A DNA stretch of 54,266 nt, filler included, from Sphacelaria rigidula (taxonomy: Eukaryota): NCBI GenBank assembly GCA_964200075.2. It is 5 parts of 5 records of this genome, joined end to end, with 100 filler letters (N's around TTAATTAATTAA, not from the genome) between each part and the next. Parts side by side here need not be neighbours in the genome. Positions count along the whole stretch, not along the records: positions 10,875 to 21,648 come from CAXNAA020005941.1; positions 21,749 to 32,521 come from CAXNAA020005942.1; 3 more parts are not named here. One strand, written 5' to 3'. The notes under the pieces are model-generated. The model had not been told where the DNA came from. It saw only the letters and a list, made by a program, of their open reading frames with translations, and did not search any database. The position numbers were made by a program, and so were the translations under genes. Each line of letters starts with the position of its first letter. Position 1 is the first letter of the stretch. Shown piece by piece: positions 12,207 to 22,772 of this stretch.

Positions 12207-12872
12207 ACCAGACACCGACGCCACAACATGTACCATAGAATCAATCGAGAGACCCTTGTGGTACGGCAAAGACCTTTCTGACGGTGACGTGAGGCGGATC
12301 AACCCCGAGAGGGCCCATCTTGCGCGAATTTGTTGGATCTCGTGACCCTGGACAACATCCGGCGTCTCCTTCCTATCGACGTCGACATCACGAGCCTTGA
12401 GACCCACCAGCTGGCACCACAACGCGTACCCAACTCTTGCTACATCCATGAAAGAAAGTGGACCTCGCCTATTCCAGGCTCACGATACACGGACGACCTT
12501 CAAGAGGGCTGGCTCCCTAGACGCACGGAAGGATGAAAAGTGGTCGCCGAAGGAGGGCGTCTCCAGCGTCGCCTCCAGACGGGGGCTAGGCTCCTCCAAA
12601 TGCAGTGAGGCTACAATAGGCGAGGTTCACTTTTTTTGTTGGATATAGGCCAGAAATTGGGTCACGCTTTGTTGTGCCAGCTGGCGGGTACCTCGGCTAG
12701 TAATATCGACGCGATAGGGGGGAACGCCGGCTGCTGTCTGGGGCCCAGAGATCCAGTATATATACACTGGGCGGACCCGCTCGGGTTAATCCGTCTTTCG
12801 TCACTGTCGGAACGGTCTTCGTTTCACGCGGGTCTTTCGATCGACTCTGCATTTTGTAGCGTCGGTGTCTGA
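12207..12872. repeat. Two diverged inverted copies (~240 bp) of a retroelement-like fragment
   Basis: 12207-12448 is the reverse complement of 12640-12872; translations share LGLIRLxSxSERS. Confidence 0.65.
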
Positions 12873-14510
12873 ACCGTACGAACAAATAGAACTTCCACAT
12901 GATCCTCCCTCTGTGCGCCTCGATGAAACTCGGGCTAGACACGAGGGGTTATTCGGGCTAGAGACAGATTGTTCCCTTCCTTCAGTCAACCAATGGTATT
13001 TTCCACGGGAGGTACTATACTCGTTGGAGTGTGTGCTGCGACCGTTCGGGGAGCGCATTTTCTGCTTTTCATCTCACGGTACATTAACCCCTTTGGAGCC
13101 GTTGATGGAAAAACGACGATTTACAATTGACGTTTTCTTGGGGCAGGATATGGTTGTTTTTCTGCAAGTGTTGATAATGTAGCCCACCAAAAAGGTACAC
13201 CACTCTCAGTTCAAGTATACCTATGTGACAGATCCATGCACCGGACGCGAAATGATGTTTCCCCGGTGACGAAAGCTCGCATATCGGAGTTTGTGAATCA
13301 TCAATTTTCCACCGATGATTCCAAAATGGAAAAGTGGAATGCGATGGTATACTGGAATGAAGCAAGGGCCTATGCTCTGGCACATTTTCGATGGTCATTA
13401 GCGCAAATGCTCGATGGAAAAAACTACTATAGAACAAACCAACGGCATCAATGGGCAACGGCTCCAACTATCGGCAGGGCTCTAGCTATGATTGATTTTT
13501 TATTGATTGTCGCACTATAACTGACCTCCCAGGGATACAGTCGTGGTCTTTAGAGAGACGTACCCAAGACTTCTCTGTTGAAATTTGAATCGTTCCGCTT
13601 TTCAAAGTTATGAACTTTGATCACTGTCATCATCGCCATCTATTGTGAGGTTTATGGCACACCCCGATCGGATACTTCGATCGCTGAAAATATCGACTGT
13701 GTAGCGCACAGTTTCCACCCGGGGCAGGGCTTGGTGACGACACCTCGAACGAGTTTTAATGCGCGAGTCGACCGGCGTACCATGCCAGCTGAGCACAGTT
13801 TTGTCTCTGGGCAGGGCTTCAACACCTCGACCGTTTTTTTCATTTGGCACGCATGTCTCTTCCGTCCTGTTGAGGTCAGAATCGACATCGTTTTTACTTA
13901 AATCGGCATCCTCGCCGTCGTGACCTTTGTGGGCCGCAAGTGGTGAAGATACTCTCGGCTCGGGCCTTCTGTTTTCCACCGGTGATCTGCTGAAGAAGCT
14001 CCCACAAGCATCAACGGTCAGCAGGGCATCATGTTTTTCAGCTCAGATCATTGCTGGGGGTAATATCACCCTTTGCTGGCCTTTTAACGGTCTCCTGTGT
14101 CGGGTCGGCATCATCACCGCCATGAACTTCGTCGGCTGCAATTGGTGAAAATACTTTCGACTCTTTGGTAAAAACACATGAGCTCTCAGAAACACCAACT
14201 GTCAGCGCATCATCTCCTTCATCAGCCCGGGTTATGGCTGTGGGAAACATATGGTTTTGCTGTCCCTTAAGCGGTGCCCCTTGTCGGGACGAATCTTGGT
14301 AACTTTCTTCGACTGTGATACTCTTCGTAGGCACATGTCACCCCCCCCCCGCCGTGTTCATTCTGTCATCTTTACTCTTCATGTCTTCGAGGAACATCTT
14401 TGTTGCCGTTTCTCCGAGCACGAAAACAAAAACAGCTAATTATACTCACGGTGAAGTGATAGACAGTACACAGACGGCAGAGCGAAGAGAAAAGAAGCCG
14501 ACGCACGTAA

Positions 14511-14949
14511 CAGACCTGCTTTTCCGGTCTTCATTTTCTCTGCTTTCATACATGGGACCCCCAAGGCACCGCACGCCCGGCTTAGCCTCCATCGGATCGG
14601 TACAGCACGGAGATGGGTTGGCGAGGATTGATGTCAATCACACCCTGGACAATATGTGGTCAATACTTGCAATACACAATAAACGTACTGCATAAAGTAT
14701 AGGCCTATTGCAAGTATTGCCGGCCGACAACAGTCGCAATAGGCCTATACTTTATGCAGTACGTTTATTGTGTATTGCAAGTATTGACCACATATTGTCC
14801 AGGGTGTGATGTCAATACCGTCATCAATATCAATCCTCGCCAACCCATCACCGTGTTGTACCTATGCGGTGGAGATTAAGCCGGGCGTGCTTTGCCTTGG
14901 GGTCCCAAGTATGAAGGCGGAAAAAACGAAGACCGCAAAAGCATGACAG
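14511..14949. mobile_element. Older foldback MITE hosting a younger hAT-type MITE
   Basis: ~120-bp imperfect inverted arms at 14511-14632 and 14829-14949. Confidence 0.7.
14639..14808. mobile_element. hAT-type MITE, 170 bp, perfect 73-bp TIRs (CACACCCTGGACAAT...)
   Basis: Arms 14639-14711 and 14736-14808 are perfectly complementary; exact 8-bp TSD ATGTCAAT. Confidence 0.9.
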
Positions 14950-15669
14950 TTCCTATCCGTTCCTGCTACCAACCATCGATCATGTAATAATCGTTCCTGG
15001 TGACGGCACGTTGACGGCACGCTGACGGCACGCTGACACCAGCCCTAGATCGCGACGGCACGATGTTGCATAACACTAACGCTCCGCAAGCGCAAAAGAC
15101 CGACGTGTTGTGAGTGGTGAGTCCAGTTCTTGTATCGATGCGGTGAGACTCGGGAGCTATTATCGGGGAGAAAGGGTTGTGGTCGCTGTGGCGTTCGTGA
15201 ACGGCAAATGAGCGGGAAATGAGCGGAAAAAGAGCCGAATATGGGGGCGCAATGGTCGGAGTTGGCGCATGGATTTCCTTGCGTGCAGCGTGCTGCATCA
15301 GGTACAGTGTGGGAAGTGATGGCCCAGGACAAGTACTTTGTGGGCCGACTGATGACCCAGATGAGGTACGACTGAAAAAGAATTCCTAGATCGGGTACTT
15401 GAATAACTCGCCGAAATTCGGCCTGGAAAGGGGAAGTGGTTTCGGAAGGCGAGACATCCTTCTGCGCATGGCCATATCTCGCGAGTAGCATATTGTTTCT
15501 GGATGATTTTCGAAGCCCGGGTCCCTAGGAGCCCCCTGATTGCTGTACGTGACAAATTCGGAGCAAAATCGGTCTGGATTGTATGTTTCGCTGTTTTCGG
15601 GTTTCTGGTCATTTTTCACACATTTCCAAGACAAAATATGACAAGGTACACCTTTTCTAGGCCATCGCT

Positions 15670-16350
15670 CGAAAATTAATAGGACGAGTACTCGAATCAT
15701 TGCTCGTGATGAGAAACATCAAGAGGGTGAGCACTTGAGTCATAGCTCGTGGTGAAAAAATCCAGGGATATACACGTTACACACATGACACATTTGAAGA
15801 AATGTTGCATTGGGTCATTTAACGCTACGTAAGGATTGATTTCTCGTGATTTTTCAGGCGGGACTAATGTGATGTAACGTGATGTAACGTGTGGTCCTTG
15901 AAGCAGTGTCTCGTGGAATTTTCTAGTGTAAAAAAAAGCTGTTTTTGTGAATTCCCAACGTGTCATGTCACGTTACAATTTCATCAAAACAAGCAGAGTT
16001 TTCGTCACATTTGGAAAGTAAAACGCTGCGTGACGGTTCGTTTGAAGGACCACACGTTACATCACGTTACGTTACATTTGTCCCATCCGAGAAATCAAAC
16101 CTTACGTAGCGTTGAATGATCCAAGTCACGTTTTTTCGAAGGAGTAACATTAAAGTGTCACGTGTAACGTGTAGACCCCTGCAAAAACCATTAGGGCGAG
16201 CCCTCGAGTCATTGCTCGCGATGAAAAAATTAAGCGAGCACTCCAGTTATGGCTCGTAGTGGAAAAATGAATAGGGCAAGCACTCGAGTCATTGCTCGTG
16301 TGGGAAAATTATTAGGTTGAGCACTCGAGTCATTGCTCGTGGTGGACGAC
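15670..16350. repeat. Array of ~40-bp degenerate subrepeats (GAGCACTCGAGTCATTGCTCGTGGTGGAAAAA), interrupted by a MITE
   Basis: Units at 15686-15760 and 16195-16345; same family as 1-120 and 18822-19252. Confidence 0.7.
15763..16181. mobile_element. hAT-type MITE, 419 bp
   Basis: TIRs CAGGGATATACACGTTACAC / GTGTAACGTGTAGACCCCTG; further internal inverted repeats; degenerate 8-bp flanks aaaaaatc/caaaaacc. Confidence 0.75.
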
Positions 16351-17094
16351 TTGAGTCGAGGAGTCAGAAATCCGGCGAGCAAACAATTATGATGACCTTC
16401 TCGACGATCTTGAACCTATAATTTTCAAGTTCATACTCGTATGCACATCTGCACATGTACAAGCTTCAAGCTTCAAGATTCAAAGCTCGTCTTCATTTTG
16501 TCCAAGCATCACATACATACACCAAAACACAGATGAGAGTTCCACCAAAGGGGAGAGTATTACTCGAGCAGTACCTTTACATTTAATAGCAATGCCGTTT
16601 GGTATCGACCCAAGAGCCACCCTCCTTCTGAAGATGCTGGCGAACCAGCAACGAGTAAGCGGACGACAGCAGAGAATACGCCGACGATGTCCACGCCGGG
16701 AGAGGCGACGTCCAACAGTAGTTTTAGTAGCAAATCGTCTGGTAGCCAAGAGACCAAGAGGCCATGGAAGTCGATGGAGAGGGAGTGGACGGCGACGGTA
16801 GCAAAGAACATCCACGCACTCGCTTAGCGCAGGCAGGTATCGGTTCTTTCCCATGCCTAGGGGCTGGTTCCGACTGGGCCCCCACCTCGAACAACAGCAG
16901 CACCAGTGCTGCAGGATTCACCCCTGCAAGGAAGAAGAGGAGATAACCTAGCCCCAAAGCAAAGGGAGGTGAACCAATAGGCAGCGTTGCCCGTCCTAAA
17001 GGATTCACGCAGCCATGCGAGGTGGGGGCGATACGTTGGCCGCACGGCGTGCCTGAGGACGTGTGACGCCGTGTGCAAGATTTCGCCCCCCCCC

Positions 17095-17701
17095 ACGGTA
17101 CTGCAAGGGACGTATACCTACTGGCGCAACGTCACTGGTTTGAATCACGAGTATCAAGCTTTTTCACGTTGACACAGAAGCGGAGGCATGGGTCTGCCTC
17201 GTTGATATACTGTACACATACAAATGTGGCCTCATCTTGAAGTTTGACTTTGCGACAGCTTTGAGCCTGTCCCAAGTCTCTGCCTTGGTTGCCTTTCATC
17301 ATGTGGCCCCGGATCGACTGCAGCCCGTGTGTATTGAGATGCCTGATCCAGTTTGTGTTTAACCCCCTCCACTTAGTCACCACCCTGCTACAGCGGCCGC
17401 TTTTGAGCGGGACTTGAGCAAAGCGGGACAAATGCTCTCCCCGCAGCGTTCTCGCCTGGACGCCGTGTATGTCGAGATCTTGATGTACCTCAACCTAAAC
17501 TATGAAAAAATTCCAACTCACATCCCAGAAATCCCCCAGACGCAGGTGTTGAGGTACTCGCCTGCGCGACTGGCGGAACTTGACGACTTGGACGTATCCA
17601 TTGTCCCGGGAGCCGAAGACGGCGAAGATGTAGATCCGTCAGGGGCGGACACAGCAGGGACGGGGGCGGGGGTAGAAATAGCCAAGACGGAGACACCTTG
17701 A
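17095..17701 (+). pseudogene. hAT transposase remnant (C-terminal dimerisation domain)
   Basis: HPATAAAFERDLSKAGQMLSPQRSRLDAVYVEILMYLNLN matches the hAT consensus PATS..ER.FS.AG..R..L....E.L; upstream piece TYWRN..EYQAFS; an in-frame stop is present. Confidence 0.75.
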
Positions 17702-18347
17702 CAGATGTTCGTTGGTGATTGTTTTGCTGAATGGTCTTGTGGTGGACTGAGCTCCGGTTGTCTCGTCCATGCAGATCTTCCTTGCCACTGTGTGAACTTG
17801 GCGAAAGTGACGTTTTCATTTTCAGGCGTCTGGTTTGTTTGAATGGAATAATGTTTTCAGGCGTCGCGATTGCTGCCGTCGATGGCGAGGATACCATGTG
17901 TTGCAACACATACACAGTAAAGTGGGTTGTAACTCAAATATTCAAGTCGGTGGTGTGTGTGGGTAGTTTCCACTTTGATTGAGCAGTTTTTCATCAAGCA
18001 TTTGCACAGTTTATCCCACGCCGGCGAGTACGTATTTCTCCTCGCTGGGTTTGTTGTTTCAGCTCCCCACGACCCCACACCAGCCCGCGCCCTCACTTCC
18101 CTTGCGCACTGCTAAAGTAGAGCAATGATTGATGGTCGGAAAGGGGTACCTATTAACCCTTTTCGGGCCCTTTTCTCCACTATCGTGTGTTTTCGGTAGG
18201 TGTCCAACTGTGTTGTTTTCAAGTTAAAATGACGCTGCAGGGGCCTCTTTGTGGATCGGCATATTTTTTAACTTGAAAACGAAACAAATGAACACCTGCC
18301 GCAAAAACACGATTACGGGGGAAAGTGCCACAAACATGTCATTAATG

Positions 18348-18699
18348 CCGGTCGCCCCGGTGGCTCAGTTGGTAACCTCGAAACCTTTTCACGGTTGGGT
18401 CGTGGGTTTGAATCTCGGAGCGATTTGGGATTTTTGTCACACAATGCCCAACAGTGGACAGCGACCATGTCGTGGGTACACAAAATTCGACTTGATGGTT
18501 GACGAGGGAAAGGGACCGCTGAACCACCCTCGCGATAAAAAAATAAAGGCAAGCACCGCAGATGGGAGGTGGAGAACTAAAACAAATAAAAAAGAAACAG
18601 CTCCTGTGCTGGCCTCCCCCCTGCGTGACCCTGGCTGGTGCGCCCACATAAACCGAGAGGTGTAGACCGGCGTCCAGAATAGATGGGACGACAACACCA
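18348..18699 (+). mobile_element. tRNA-derived SINE
   Basis: Pol III A box TGGCTCAGTTGG and B box GGTTTGAATC, then a ~270-bp body; other copies at 29157-29508(-), 32622-32700(-, head) and 48645-48840(+, body). Confidence 0.8.
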
Positions 18700-18821
18700 T
18701 TGTGGGGGGTTCGATCCCGAATCGTCACCACGATTTGCTATTTTTTACCATTGTTTCACTAGGCTTTTCACAACGTCTCGCGCCTCACTCGTTCACCATT
18801 TCAGAGAAGATGATTGCTCCG

Positions 18822-19252
18822 CGGGTTGTCAAGGAAAGACGCGAGCTAGCGAGTCATTGCTCGTGATGAAAAAATAAGTGACTCGAGCAAACGACTTGTA
18901 GCTTGTGGTGGGAAAAATTAATAGAGCGGCACTCGAGTCATTGCTTTTGGTGGAAAAAATCATGAGGGTGAGTGAGTGCTCGAGTCGTTGATCGTGGTCG
19001 GAAAAATTAATAGGGCGAGCACTGGAGTCATTGTTCGTGGTGGGAAAAATTAGTCTGGCGAGCACTCGAGTCATTGCTCGTAGTGGAAAAAATCAATAGG
19101 TCAAGTACTCGAGTCACTGCTCGTGGTGGAAAAATAAACGACTCGAGAACGCGAGTCATGCTCGTGGTGTTTTCAAAAAACATCAACGAGTGCACTCGTT
19201 TCGACGAGTAGTGACTAGTCCGACATTGTGACGTTGAAATTCGAACATCCCC
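18822..19252. mobile_element. MITE-like element built from ~40-bp internal tandem subrepeats
   Basis: About 8-9 units of ACTCGAGTCATTGCTCG; weak terminal inverted match CGGGTTGTCAAG / TCGAACATCCCCG. Confidence 0.65.
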
Positions 19253-19287
19253 GCACACCACCACTGATGATGGAGTGAGTTGACGCC

Positions 19288-21150
19288 GTGCTCTTTGCAG
19301 ACGTTCCAGACATCCCGAATCTCCCTCCAGATCCCTTCGTCATAGACAATACTGACTTTTTCGAAATTGAAATCATCTTTGTCTACCCGGACATTCTCCA
19401 GGCGGACCCAGTTGACTTCGAGGCCAGAGCCATCCTGTCATCTACAAATGCCACCATCAACAGGTGTCGATTTTGATTGATTGATTGATTGTCGCACTTG
19501 TATTGATCCCCCAGGGATTCAGCCGTGGTCGCATGATAGAGGTACACAAGAAGAGCAAGACTGAAACACTCGCTCAAGAAAAAAAGGACCAGAAAAAAAT
19601 CGAACAGAACGACATAGTAGACTAAGACGTGAAACCCCCCCCCAACAAAGTCAACGAAAAAAACACAGAAAGAGATGGTCGACCCCCCAAAAAAAGAGGG
19701 CAGCAAAAACGGAATAAAATCATTCAAAAGGAAAAAGCCCAAAAGAGTCAGGGCAGCAGAGTAGATCTAGAGACACACCAGTGGGGCACCGCAGAGCCAC
19801 CAACCGAGGAAATAATCAACAACCGATATGAGCATACAGGATTCTTTGATTGGCGGCCCTCGACGCAGCAGCCTCTCGCTCGTGACGGCGGAATGATTCT
19901 CGTTTGTCCGCACGTCGCCACGCGTCCTCAACCTCTTCCGCTCTTTTTTCGACTCCAATATGCCATTTGCCCATGTTCTTCGTCGCAGTGACCAAATCGT
20001 ATCCATTGTTAACCTCTACTCTGTAGACGAACCACTTTCGTTGGGCTCCTTTGTGCAGGACAGCCTCTGGTGCAGGTATGTTCTTTAGGGTATCCTCCCA
20101 TTGCTTGGGGGGGGGGGGGGGGGGCCGGCCTCCTTGGGTCCTCGTGTGGAAAGCCGACCGTTCATGACGCGTTTAGGCAGGCGTGTCCTTCTGCCAGACA
20201 AGGGCTCCCGCGAACCAGAGTTGACGTTTGCGGATATTCGTCTCGATACGTTAGCAGTTGGTCATTTCGAGCACCGTTCTGTACGAAAGAGTCTTGTAGC
20301 CATTTCGATATTTCCTACGGAATCCAACCACTCGCAGCAAGAGCTTGTGATGGGCAGTCCGCAGACTGTCGAGGTCTTCAGAACATGGAGTCAATATGGC
20401 ACATCCATACAACAGAGCTTTCACCACCTCCGCTTTAAATAGCCGAACTTTCAAGGATAGCTTGGCGTTGGGTTGGTCGTAGGGTTGGGAGCTATATTTT
20501 CGCACACGCACCCACGCCGCGCTGATACGGCGGTTGATTTCGATGGACATTTTCGCGTATATCCTTGATATTTTCCCTGGTGACCTCCTCACTACCTACG
20601 GTTGTGACTTCATCGATCGTGACGCAAATGATGATCACAGTTTCGAGTTTATCTCGACTGCTGACCTCAACGCCGTTGGCGTCGTAAAAATATCCGCCAC
20701 ACGCCTTAAATTTGAAGCTGAACTCGATCATCATGATCACACGAAATCTAAATTTCAAGCAAGGCTGAGTCGATGGACAAAAGACTATCGTTCATGGATT
20801 TCTGCGGGTGTTGTTCATGTTGATTTACTTGATGGGCTGTCGTCGGTCCTTCTTATTCCCCGAGTACGCTTTCGATCCAAAGTTGGCCAAAATGGAGCAG
20901 TTAGTCGCGATTACAGCTACCGCTTCGTTTATCTTATGCGCTCACGATCAACAAAAGCCGAGGGCAAACCCTACGAAAAATGAATTATAATTTAGATCTG
21001 ACGAACTTACCCGCGATCAAATGTACATCGCACTCAGTAGAGCGCCGAAACGATCCGTGACCATGTGCCTCACCTTACCCTCTCGTTTGCGTGGTCACTC
21101 ACGCCGGACTGCAGTCGTTCCCAACATTACTTTTCCCGCGTTCGTTATGA
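19288..21150 (+). pseudogene. Helitron-type PIF1/RepHel helicase remnant, frameshifted and split by a LINE insertion
   Basis: FVYPDI...RAILSSTNATIN (19380-19460) resumes after the LINE as AYILDIFPG...LLIPRV...LQLPLRLSYALTINKSRGQTL...QMYIALSRA (PIF1 motifs IV, V, VI). Confidence 0.85.
19474..20550 (-). mobile_element. 5'-truncated RTE-clade LINE (ORF C-terminus, 3' UTR, (CAAT)n tail)
   Basis: EINRRISAAW...LSLKVRLFKAEVVKALLYGC...LRTAHHKLLLRVVG is typical of the RTE C-terminus; tail at 19474-19491. Confidence 0.85.
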
Positions 21151-21439
21151 CTGCAATGACACTGATATTGGCTCGCCCCCCTCACCACCGCGTTACCATG
21201 ATTACATCGGATGCATCCCTTGAGTTGCAATCACGCCGGGGTCTCAGAATGTGTAACGACGACACTAATCAGTGCGCTGACATCGGATGGACTGAGGCCA
21301 ATGGGACTTCGTAGGTTCGCCTTACATGCCATAGTTACCGTCACGTTGCGGCTTTTGTGTGCTCTACTCTTTCGTTTCTCTTAACCCCAGCCTGTTTCTT
21401 ATACAGTAATGGCTAATGATGTTGGGTATACCCCCGGGT

Positions 21440-21575
21440 GATACAGTCATGTGGCAGAGGCTAGCCATCTATCTTTTTTCCCCCTCTTGTCTTCCTTTTT
21501 TCCCCGCTTGTTCTCTCAGTCTGTTTCGTCTCGGGTCCTTTATCACGTGACCACGGCTGGATCCCTGGGAGATCA

Positions 21576-21642
<67 letters not shown>

Positions 21643-21648
21643 ATTATT
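21440..21648 (+). mobile_element. LINE/SINE 3' end with (ATT)n tail
   Basis: GACCACGGCTGGATCCCTGGGAGATCAAT matches the 3' end of the RTE element at 19502-19530; followed by about 23 ATT units. Confidence 0.7.
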
Positions 21649-21748
21649 NNNNNNNNNNNNNNNNNNNNNNNNNNNNNNNNNNNNNNNNNNNNTTAATTAA
21701 TTAANNNNNNNNNNNNNNNNNNNNNNNNNNNNNNNNNNNNNNNNNNNN
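21649..21748. other. Artificial contig linker
   Basis: N44-TTAATTAATTAA-N44. Confidence 0.97.
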
Positions 21749-22344
21749 CCATTCAGGCAACGGGTGGCATGAATGTTCCAACATGCTACACATGTAAACT
21801 TTTCGTCTCATCATCGGAACCGGCGCAGCGAGACATGTTATGAATAAAACCTCACTCTCAATCGTACTTTCAACGCTCGATTTCACGGAAACATTGTTAG
21901 GTTCGCCGGCAGGATTTTGCACCAATGTGCGAGGTAAGCGTTTTGTCCACTAATGATGCAGACACACCCGGCCGCTGAAAGCCATGAAAAGCCTGCTCTC
22001 TATCGTATCGTAGATTCTCAATCTCACGGAAACATTGTTCATCGCACCAGGGTACGGCCTCAACACTTTTTTTCCGCTTGTCGAACCCCGTGCGAAACGC
22101 CGTGCGAAGTGCAGGTCTGTAATCATAGACAGTTCAGTCGTGCAAGGTTGCAAATACAGACTGTACTCACGAACACAGTAGGTTCCCGTACACTACTCGT
22201 ACAGAAACTACGACGATACAAGTACACATACTCTGCAACCAAAAAATCTCGCATTCGGCGGCGGTGTTGTCGGCAATGTCTGTAGTTCCACACCGTCTAA
22301 CAGGAGGACTCACCTCAACGTATGTTGGCATCTAATTCCTACCC

Positions 22345-22772
22345 GGTTCGTGGTTGCTCTCTCCTATATCCCCATGCAAAGCTTTTGAACCGGAAAGACG
22401 ATCACGTGATTCAACACCCCCTCCACCTCAGCCACGGACGGGATGGGTACGCACAAGCGGAGACAACGAAAAAAGCAGCAATGAAGCGGAACCTTCTTGA
22501 GGCTGTTCAAAGTGACTCGGAGAGGCGGTTGCTGCGTGTGATGCCCTTGACCTCCAAAAGTGCCCCGATAGAAGTTGTTCGTGGTTGCTCTCTCCTTTAC
22601 CCGTGTGCAACTCTTCATGGAAGACGATCACGTACTCTCACACCCCTCCACCTCAGCCACGTATGGCGTCGGTACGCACAAGCTAAGACAATGAAGCTGA
22701 ACCTTCTTGAGGATGTTCAGAGTGGTTCGGAGAGCCGGTCTCGGCGTATGATGCCCCCAACCTCCAAAAGTG
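22345..22772. repeat. Diverged ~200-230-bp tandem duplication
   Basis: 22345-22562 resembles 22577-22772; translations repeat VRGCSLLYP...PLHLSH...NLLE.VQS.SE...MP.TSKS. Confidence 0.75.

Noticed and set aside
18348..18420. tRNA gene
   Set aside because: Has A and B boxes but no clean cloverleaf, and continues into a multi-copy SINE body
18840..19225. CRISPR-like regularly spaced repeats (also 15670-16350 and 1-120)
   Set aside because: The 'spacers' are homologous to each other, the repeats are degenerate, no cas genes are present and the context is eukaryotic; these are TE subrepeats
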